From contig JBEVAM010000004.1 in the NCBI GenBank assembly GCA_051297135.1, positions 2,823 through 66,822 on the forward strand: a stretch of DNA of 64,000 bases, read 5' to 3'. The notes under the pieces were generated by a model that made no database searches, was not told the origin of the DNA, and saw only the letters and a list, made by a program, of their open reading frames with translations. The DNA comes from Halothiobacillaceae bacterium. GTDB taxonomy: Bacteria; Pseudomonadota; Gammaproteobacteria; Halothiobacillales; Halothiobacillaceae. This document shows, piece after piece, positions 57,854 to 64,000 of this stretch. A program made the position numbers and the translations under genes. Numbering within the stretch: the stretch's first letter is position 1; the number at the start of each line of letters is the position of its first letter.

Positions 57854-58650
57854 TCACCCGCCCCCTGCTCGGTTGGGGTCTACTGGCCCTGCTGTTCTAC
57901 CTGCTTTTCCTGCTGTTCACCCTCCCGGCCCAGCGCGTGATGGCGTGGAGCGGAGTTCCCCTGACGGAGGTGCGTGGCACCCCTTGGGCAGGGTCGGGCA
58001 TTCTGATGCTCCAGGGCGAGAATCTGGGCAATCTGCAGTGGCGACTGTATCCCGTCTGGCCCTGGCAGGGCGTGCTGGGTGCCGTGATTACCGCCGAGCA
58101 TCAGGGCTGGCAGGCTGTAGGCAAGGTGCGGCTGGGCTGGGACGGCACACTGCGTGTGAACGACGCCACCTTGAGCGGTCCGCTTGATGCCCCCTTCCTC
58201 GCCCGCCGCCTACCCTTGCCACTGACCGGCCAGGCACGACTCACCATCCCGCAGGCCGACTGGCGAGGCGGACTGACCAAGGCCGAAGGGGTCACCCTGG
58301 AGCTCTTCGAGCCCAAGATCATGCTGGGCGACGAGGCGTTGGGCGTTGGCGATCTTGCCGCCGAGCTTGACGTGATCGACGGCCGCCTGACTGGACAGTT
58401 GCACGACCGGGGTGGTCCGCTCGAACTTGCAGGCCAGCTGCGAGGCGACGCGCGCAGCGGGCTGGTCTTGGAAGCCCGACTCGAGGCCCGCCCGGAATCC
58501 CCCACCGCCCTGGCCGATGCCCTGCGCCTATTGCCTGCGGCAGCGGAAGGGGGCGGGCGCATCCACACTCGCTTGAGTGCCCCCTGGCTGGCCGCACCCC
58601 GGACCCCACAAGGGGGCGGCCCTGCCCGGATGGAGCAGGGGGCATTCTGA
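57850..58650 (+). CDS. gspN: type II secretion protein GspN
   Basis: 266 aa with one N-terminal TM (LLGWGLLALLFYLLFLLFTLPA). Position after gspM. The family call rests largely on synteny. Confidence 0.6.
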   Translation: MITRPLLGWGLLALLFYLLFLLFTLPAQRVMAWSGVPLTEVRGTPWAGSGILMLQGENLGNLQWRLYPVWPWQGVLGAVITAEHQGWQAVGKVRLGWDGTLRVNDATLSGPLDAPFLARRLPLPLTGQARLTIPQADWRGGLTKAEGVTLELFEPKIMLGDEALGVGDLAAELDVIDGRLTGQLHDRGGPLELAGQLRGDARSGLVLEARLEARPESPTALADALRLLPAAAEGGGRIHTRLSAPWLAAPRTPQGGGPARMEQGAF

Positions 58651-58845
58651 TCCATCCCTTGCGGCGAATCCATTCGCTCTTTGGACGAGGGGGCGGAAAA
58701 ATCTTCTTTGGCAGAGGGCTTTTCCCGGCCATTGAGCCAACGCTTGCCGCAACGGGGGCTGCCCTTTGCCCGGATCGACTTCATGCGCAACGACCTGTGG
58801 GCCTGCCCGCTGCCCCACGATCGAAGAGCTAGGCGCGACCGCGGC

Positions 58846-58874
58846 TTGCGGCCCCACGCCCCCCCTCCTATACT
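58846..58874 (+). promoter_or_regulatory. putative sigma70 promoter of dksA
   Basis: TTGCGG (58846-58851), a 17-nt spacer, then TATACT (58869-58874). It lies 33 nt upstream of the dksA ATG. Confidence 0.35.
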
Positions 58875-58907
58875 CCGGCATTTCCAAAGCGATCGCAGCA
58901 CTTTGTC

Positions 58908-59324
58908 ATGAGCATCGAACTCCCTGAAGGTTACCGTCCCACGGAAGACGAGGAATACATGAACCCCATGCAGCTGGAGTACTTTCGCCGTAAGCTGCTG
59001 GCCTGGAAACAGGAGCTGATGGAGGAGGCCGACTCCACCCTCAACCACCTGCGTGAGGAAAACTGGCAGGAGCCGGACATCAACGACCGCGCCACGCTGG
59101 AATCGGATGCCGCGCTGGAACTGCGCACCCGCGACCGCTACCGCAAGCTGATCAATAAGATCGACAAGGCACTCAACCGTATTGCCGAAGGCACGTATGG
59201 CTATTGTGAGGAGACCGGCGAGGAGATTGGCCTCAAGCGCCTGGAGGCGCGTCCGATCGCCACCCTGACGATCGAGGCCCAGGAGCGGCACGAGCGTCTG
59301 GAAAAAGTTCGCCGCGAGGATTGA
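58908..59324 (+). CDS. dksA: RNA polymerase-binding transcription factor DksA (only one of four zinc-finger Cys retained)
   Basis: Coiled-coil tip motif DINDRA (DxxDxA). The C-terminus is GYCEETGEEIGLKRLEARPIATLTIEAQ, versus E. coli [28 protein letters not shown]. Confidence 0.9.
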   Translation: MSIELPEGYRPTEDEEYMNPMQLEYFRRKLLAWKQELMEEADSTLNHLREENWQEPDINDRATLESDAALELRTRDRYRKLINKIDKALNRIAEGTYGYCEETGEEIGLKRLEARPIATLTIEAQERHERLEKVRRED

Positions 59325-59887
59325 CCGTGCTGCGTGCCCTGCCCTTGCTTCTCACCACCTGTCTCACCCTGCCTGCCTGGGGTGGTCCCAAGGTCGTGCT
59401 GGAGACCACTCAGGGTGAGATCACCCTGGAACTGGACGCGGACAAGGCGCCCAAGACGGTGGAGAATTTTCTTGCCTATGTGCGTGAAGGGCACTACGAC
59501 GGCACGATCTTCCACCGCGTCATCCCGGACTTCATGATCCAGGGCGGCGGTTTTACCGCCGATTTCCAGCAGAAGCCCACCCGCGCCCCGATCCAGAATG
59601 AGGCCAACAATGGCCAAAAGAACGTGCGCGGCACCATCGCCATGGCCCGCACCGGCAACCCGCACAGTGCCACTGCGCAGTTTTTCATCAACACGGTGGA
59701 TAACACCTATCTGGACTTTCAGGCCCCCACCCCGCAGGGCTGGGGTTACGCGGTATTTGGCAAGGTCGTGGCTGGCATGGAGGTCGTCGACCGCATCCAG
59801 CGCCTGCCCACAGGCCCCGGCGGTCCCTTCCGCAGCGACGTACCGCGCGAAACCGTGCTGATCAAGCAGGCCCGCATCTTACCCTGA
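59321..59887 (+). CDS. ppiA: periplasmic peptidyl-prolyl cis-trans isomerase (cyclophilin type)
   Basis: A signal peptide is followed by the cyclophilin core FHRVIPDFMIQGGGF. The start is TTG 59321 or GTG 59327. Confidence 0.9.
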   Translation: MTVLRALPLLLTTCLTLPAWGGPKVVLETTQGEITLELDADKAPKTVENFLAYVREGHYDGTIFHRVIPDFMIQGGGFTADFQQKPTRAPIQNEANNGQKNVRGTIAMARTGNPHSATAQFFINTVDNTYLDFQAPTPQGWGYAVFGKVVAGMEVVDRIQRLPTGPGGPFRSDVPRETVLIKQARILP

Positions 59888-59892
59888 CCACG

Positions 59893-60972
59893 TTGATCCG
59901 GACCATCGACACCCCGGAGGGCTTGCACGCACTGGCCGCTGTGTTGGCCGACACGGCCGTGCTGGCCCTTGATACCGAATTCCTGCGTGAGCGCACTTAC
60001 CGCCCGCAGCTCTGCCTGGTGCAGCTGGCAACCGCCTCGACCGCTGCCTGTCTGGACCCCTTTGCGCTCGATGATCTGCAACCACTCGCCGAGCGGCTGA
60101 CCGATCCAACGCAGACCAAGGTCCTGCACGCCGCCGGGCAGGACCTCGAAGTCTTGCATCAGCGTCTTGGTATCCTGCCTGCCCCGCTGTTCGACACCCA
60201 GATCGCCGCTGCCCTCTGCGGCTTGGGAGAGCAGATCGGCTATGCCACGCTCATCGAGCGCTTGTTCGGTGTGCAGTTGGAGAAGGCCCACGGCCGCACT
60301 GACTGGTCGCGCCGCCCACTGAGCCACGAGCAGCTACGCTACGCGCTTGAGGACGTGCACTACCTGCCCGAGGCCCACGCCATCCTGGAGGCGCGCCTGC
60401 AAACCCTCGGCCGGCTCGAGTGGCTGCGCGAGGACTGCTCTGCGCAGCTCGATCCTGCGCGCTGGAGCGTGGACCCCTTCGAAGTCTGGCGCCGCATCAA
60501 GGGCTGGCAACGCCTGTCCCCTGCTGCCCTTTCGCGCCTGCGCCAGCTCGCCGCCTGGCGTGAGTGCCGCGCGCAAGCCCTTGATCGCCCGCGTCGCTGG
60601 GTGATGGACGATGCATCCCTGCTCCAGCTCGCCAGCCGCCCACCCGCGAATGTCCACGCCCTGCTGCACGGCGGCCTGCTGCCCCCCAACCTGCGCAGTG
60701 CCGCCGAAGACATCATGGCTGCACTCGAAGCGGCCCGGACGGAGGGATTTTCGCCCCCCCCGAGCTGGACCCCGCTGCGCGGCGAGCAACGGGCCCGCTT
60801 CGAGCGCCTGAGTACGGCCATCGACCGGCTGGCTGCGAGCCTCGACCTGCCCGCGGGCCTCTTGCTCTCGCGCGCAGAACTGGATCGCCTGGCGCGCGGT
60901 CAAATTACCCCCGATGCCCTGCAAGGCTGGCGTGGAGCGCTTCTGCGCGAGCCCCTCGGTAACGTCCTCTGA
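59893..60972 (+). CDS. rnd: ribonuclease D
   Basis: DEDD 3'-5' exonuclease motifs (LALDTEF, HAAGQDLEVL, YALEDVHYL) plus an HRDC region. TTG start. Confidence 0.9.
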   Translation: MIRTIDTPEGLHALAAVLADTAVLALDTEFLRERTYRPQLCLVQLATASTAACLDPFALDDLQPLAERLTDPTQTKVLHAAGQDLEVLHQRLGILPAPLFDTQIAAALCGLGEQIGYATLIERLFGVQLEKAHGRTDWSRRPLSHEQLRYALEDVHYLPEAHAILEARLQTLGRLEWLREDCSAQLDPARWSVDPFEVWRRIKGWQRLSPAALSRLRQLAAWRECRAQALDRPRRWVMDDASLLQLASRPPANVHALLHGGLLPPNLRSAAEDIMAALEAARTEGFSPPPSWTPLRGEQRARFERLSTAIDRLAASLDLPAGLLLSRAELDRLARGQITPDALQGWRGALLREPLGNVL

Positions 60973-60992
60973 GCTTACTCTACGAGTCCTGC

Positions 60993-61226
60993 ATGAATTC
61001 GAACGACCTGATCCAGCGCATCCAGACCGCCATCCCCGATGCCGAGGTCATCCTCTCGGGCGAAGGCTGCAACCTCAACCTGACCGTGGTGAGTGCAAGC
61101 TTCGTCGGCGAGCCCCTGCTCAAGCGACATCGCAGGGTGATGGCGGTACTCAACGATCTGATCACGAGCGGCGAACTGCACGCTGTGACGCTCAAGACCC
61201 ATACCCCCGAAGAATCCCAAGGCTGA
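60993..61226 (+). CDS. BolA-family protein (IbaG/YrbA-like)
   Basis: 77 aa. The ...HAVTLKTHTPEE C-terminus parallels E. coli IbaG HAVSIKAYTPAE. Confidence 0.8.
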   Translation: MNSNDLIQRIQTAIPDAEVILSGEGCNLNLTVVSASFVGEPLLKRHRRVMAVLNDLITSGELHAVTLKTHTPEESQG

Positions 61227-61231
61227 CTCCC

Positions 61232-61549
61232 ATGGACCAACCAACCCGCACCGAACTCGAGGCCGCGGCCTTCCGCCGCCTGATCGCCCACCTGCAGGAG
61301 CGCACGGACGTGCAGAACATCGACCTGATGAATCTGGCAGGCTTTTGCCGCAACTGCCTCTCCAAGTGGCTCAAGGCCGCCGCCGATGAGCGCGGTGTCA
61401 CCCTGAGCCTGGATCAAGCGCGCGAGATGGTCTACGGCATGCCGTACGAGGACTGGAAGGCGATGTACCAGAAGGAGGCCAGCGCGGAGAAACTGGCGGT
61501 GTTCGAGCAGGCCTTCGAACGCACCCACGGCCATCCACACCCGGACTGA
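61232..61549 (+). CDS. DUF1244-like protein
   Basis: The start is ATG 61232 (MDQPTRTELEAAAFRRLIAHLQERTDVQNIDLMNLAGFCRNCLSKW). The family assignment is from memory of the conserved FCRNCL motif. The ORF-track upstream extension overlaps rnd and bolA and is rejected. Confidence 0.65.
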   Translation: MDQPTRTELEAAAFRRLIAHLQERTDVQNIDLMNLAGFCRNCLSKWLKAAADERGVTLSLDQAREMVYGMPYEDWKAMYQKEASAEKLAVFEQAFERTHGHPHPD

Positions 61550-61799
61550 GATGCACATTGGCCTGGAAGGCCTGGCCTTAGGTGTCCGGCCGTAGGAGCG
61601 CTGCCGTTCTTCCAACCTTACGCCAAGCTACTCACTGTCGCTTCTTGGCTGCTGGATGCCTGCTTCACCGAGGCCGGTTTTGCCGCTCCCACAAGGCCAC
61701 GGCCAGCGCCTTCCTCGCCACAGGCTTCACATTCGGTATCCGTCGGGCCGCTTCGGGTGGCCAAGCCATACGTCGGAGGTTCCTGGTCACATGCACATC

Positions 61800-62009
61800 C
61801 TACGGCGCCGCATGAAAGCACTTGGGCTTGGGCTTGGGCTTGGGCTTGGGCTTGGGCTTGGGCTTGGGCTTGGGCTTGGCAAGATCATAGCGGCGCTGCC
61901 GACCTGCCGTGCGCTCCGATATCAGCTTGCCTGCCGCTTCCCCTCGCCGCCAGGTCGTGCTGGATACGCCCAATGCTGTAGAGGCTTGACCGATCGAAAC
62001 TAGAAGATC
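61800..62009 (-). pseudogene. remnant ORF: MerR/IS607-type helix-turn-helix fused to a (Lys-Pro)n repeat, with no start codon
   Basis: The minus-strand frame reads (stop)DLLVSIGQASTALGVSSTTWRRGEAAGKLISERTAGRQRRYDLA(KP)9KCFHAAP(stop). The pattern SIGQA..LGVS..T.RR.E..GKL..ERT.G..RRYDL matches the N-terminal HTH of IS607-family serine recombinases. No recombinase catalytic domain follows in any frame. Confidence 0.4.
61821..61880. repeat. hexanucleotide microsatellite (CTTGGG)x9 plus one CTTGGC unit
   Basis: Counted directly: nine perfect CTTGGG units at 61821-61874, then CTTGGC at 61875-61880. Confidence 0.97.
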
Positions 62010-62216
62010 TCAGCCAGATTTGGCGATGTTTCAGTTTCAAGCAAACGGTTCATGCCCCTCAGACTGTTTCAAAAGGGCTGTCCTGCCCGTTTGAAACGCG
62101 CGTCAAACACGTCCGCGACGGGCTCTGCATGTGCAAGGCGGTGTCAAAGACCTCTGACACGGCTTGATCGCGACGAAAAGCGGCGGCATCGGTAAGGGGT
62201 CCTGTTGAGGGGCAGC

Positions 62217-63188
62217 TCAGCCACTAATCGGCTGGGTCCGCCCCTCAAAGGGGCTGTTCATCTGGCTGCTGACCGCGCCTGCGGGCAGTTCCGGCCAGCG
62301 CCCCGCCTGTAATGCCTTCACCAACTCGGCCTTGAGCGCGACCGCATCCCGCCCGGCATAGGGCATGCTGCCACCGCTGGTCAGGGCATCCACATAGGCC
62401 TCGGCGATGGCCTTGGCCTCGCCCCACTGCGAGGCACGAGCCGTGCCGCCGAACTCATTGGGCAGGCGCGCCCACGCGTCGCGCACGATCAGTAGCACCT
62501 TTGCCATGGCCATACCGAGCACGTCTTCACCGTTCATCGGTTGGCTGCCTTCAATGATGGCGCGCATGACCTCGGCCGCTGCAGAATCCGAGCGCCCCTG
62601 CTCGAGCACCGCGGCGAGCGCGCGCGGCGCGCCCTGCATGAGCTGCTGCGCCCCCACCGGGAATCCCATCCCGCCTGTGCTGTCGATCTGCACCGCGGCA
62701 AGCTCAAGGGCCTGCGCCACACGCGGCAGGCCGAGACTCCGGGCCTTGGTGGCGCCCAAGCGAGCACGTTCGGGGGTTACCGCCATGCCATCGCTCAACC
62801 ACTTGTAGAGGATGGTACCGACATTCTCACGTTCGAGGTATTCATCCTTGCCCTTGCGCCAGTCCTTGAGTTCGCTCACCGCAAAGGTCTTGCGCAGGAT
62901 GGGGGCGTGCGAATCGTCGGACAGCACCTCCGCCCCTGACAATGGGCTGTTGGCACCAGGGTGGCAGGTACCGTACAGGGTCTTGCCCTTACCCGGCACC
63001 AGCTCGCGGATGATCACCACGGCCTTCTCGCCCTCGAGCGCCTGAACGATGCCGGTGGCATAACCATCCTCGCGCAGGTGCTCGGAATACATGGGAATGA
63101 AGACCCGATCACCCACATGGATCTGGGCCTGAGCCCCGCCGGCGAGGGCCAGCAAGGCGAGGAGCGCAAAGCGTTGCGTATGTTTCAT
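62217..63188 (-). CDS. hypothetical exported protein
   Basis: The start is ATG 63188 (MKHTQRFALLALLALAGGAQA/QIHV, a clear Sec signal). 323 aa, Ala/Gly/Leu-rich. I recognise no family. The 109-codon upstream extension in the ORF track is rejected. Confidence 0.6.
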   Translation of the reverse strand: MKHTQRFALLALLALAGGAQAQIHVGDRVFIPMYSEHLREDGYATGIVQALEGEKAVVIIRELVPGKGKTLYGTCHPGANSPLSGAEVLSDDSHAPILRKTFAVSELKDWRKGKDEYLERENVGTILYKWLSDGMAVTPERARLGATKARSLGLPRVAQALELAAVQIDSTGGMGFPVGAQQLMQGAPRALAAVLEQGRSDSAAAEVMRAIIEGSQPMNGEDVLGMAMAKVLLIVRDAWARLPNEFGGTARASQWGEAKAIAEAYVDALTSGGSMPYAGRDAVALKAELVKALQAGRWPELPAGAVSSQMNSPFEGRTQPISG

Positions 63189-63201
63189 CGATATACACCT
63201 C

Positions 63202-63585
63202 ATGAGTGCCTCACCCCGACAACGGATCTTTTCCGCCCAAGACGACTTCGGCCCGGTCGAAGTCTGGCGCGCCCCCGAAGGGTTGGTCCTGGGCTTTGGC
63301 AACGCGACAGACCCGCATCTTGCCGCACCATCGCAATCAGCTCTGCTTGAGCGACCCGCGCTACATGCTACTGACCTTGCTGTGGAAGCCGCAACCCTGG
63401 CCTCCCATGATGATCTGATCCTCACCGATTTGTTCGATGCCCGGGGTATGGTACCCGCGCTGGGCACGCAGGACTTCCCCGCCCACATGCGCAACGCGGC
63501 CCCCATCGGCCGCAAACACGGGCTTGATCTGCCCCTCTATTGGCGCGATCTGGTGTGCAAGAACCCAAGACGCTTCCACGCCTGA
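63202..63585 (+). pseudogene. possible spermidine-synthase-like (class I MTase fold) gene remnant
   Basis: This 127-aa ORF has an N-terminal part, DDFGPVEVW...LVLGFGN....QSALLERPA, that resembles the N-terminal tetramerisation region of spermidine-synthase-like proteins. DDLILTDLFDARGMVPALGTQDF resembles their D(L/V)I(I/L)xDxFD..G.P..L.T..F segment. The intervening GxGxG SAM-binding region and the C-terminal third are absent. This is based on motif recall only. Confidence 0.3.
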
Positions 63586-63589
63586 GCCA

Positions 63590-64000
63590 TCAACCGCGCA
63601 CGGCTTGCAGCACCGCCTCGGCCCGGCTGTGGGCAAGACCCGACTCGTCCACACTGAGCCATTTGAGTATCCCATCCTCCACAAGCATGGCATAACGCTT
63701 GGAACGCAGCCCCATGGCCGCCTTGCGCATGTCGCGCCCCATCCCCAAGGCGGTGGTCCACTCGCCGTTGCCATCGGAGAGGAAGGTGATGTGCTCAGGC
63801 TCACCGTGCGCCTTGGCCCAAGCGCGCATGACGAAGGGGTCGTTCACCGCTAGGCAGACAATGGCGTCCACCCCCGCTGCCTTTAGCGCATCCGCGTGCA
63901 CGATGAACCCCGGCAAGTGTTCGTCGGAGCAGGTCGGGGTGAAGGCCCCAGGTACGGCAAACAGCACCACCCGTCGGCCGCGGAACAGCTCCGGGGTGGC
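63590..64000 (-). CDS. Prx5-type (atypical 2-Cys/1-Cys) peroxiredoxin, 5' end beyond the window
   Basis: VVLFAVPGAFTPTCS peroxidatic-Cys motif. The frame is open to nt 64000, so the N-terminus is missing. Confidence 0.9.
   Translation of the reverse strand, partial: ATPELFRGRRVVLFAVPGAFTPTCSDEHLPGFIVHADALKAAGVDAIVCLAVNDPFVMRAWAKAHGEPEHITFLSDGNGEWTTALGMGRDMRKAAMGLRSKRYAMLVEDGILKWLSVDESGLAHSRAEAVLQAVRG

Noticed and set aside
58101-59291. 396-aa minus-strand ORF covering gspN, the spacer and dksA
   Set aside because: It runs antisense through two well-supported genes and a promoter region. Its product is Ser/Arg/Pro-rich and low-complexity.
61656-62003. Plus-strand ORFs containing (LG)n and, at 61757-61981, (WA)n
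   Set aside because: These are simply the other reading frames of the CTTGGG microsatellite. They have no start context or flanking protein-like sequence.
62205-62248. 9-bp inverted repeat around the stop codon of the exported-protein gene, considered as a terminator
   Set aside because: One arm lies inside the coding sequence, the loop is 26 nt, and no T-tract follows. It is noted only as a structural curiosity.

Overview
This window is a visibly GC-rich chromosomal core segment with gammaproteobacterial-type gene order (an inference from synteny only). I call about 65 protein-coding genes, one tRNA-Pro(CGG), and a few promoters, terminators and repeats. Nearly all of it is housekeeping. 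The conserved blocks are: rfbB(partial)-glmS; comEA; miaB-phoH-ybeY-corC-lnt; leuS-lptE-holA; proA-nadD-rsfS-rlmH-maf-rng-yhdP-CN hydrolase; rplU-rpmA-obg-proB (minus strand); ispB; lpxL, SAM-MTase, trkH, trkA, ntrX, ntrY, DUF4390, rsmB, fmt, def (minus strand); LysM-dprA-smg-topA-tsaC; mscK-hemF followed directly by a type II secretion block gspF-G-(unknown ORF)-H-I-J-K-L-M-N; dksA-ppiA-rnd-bolA-DUF1244; and a partial Prx5-type peroxiredoxin at the right edge. I found no CRISPR array, no intact IS element or prophage, and no recognisable defence or toxin-antitoxin system, so I cannot support a claim of a large novel multi-gene system here. Six observations deserve a second look. (1) An unannotatable multi-TM ORF is translationally coupled between gspG and gspH. 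(2) The stretch 61.5-63.6 kb is a decayed patchwork: a (CTTGGG)9 microsatellite that reads as (Lys-Pro)n fused to a MerR/IS607-type HTH remnant, a low-GC spacer with GTTTCA-type repeats, an orphan exported protein, and a spermidine-synthase-like remnant. (3) A roughly 45-codon purT 5' remnant lies next to a CTAG-containing palindrome. (4) A related perfect 20-bp inverted repeat sits between tRNA-Pro and lpxL. (5) maf carries an in-frame insertion of about 30 codons. (6) The DksA here has lost three of the four zinc-finger cysteines. The long ORFs antisense to recognisable genes are treated as GC-rich mirror-frame artefacts.
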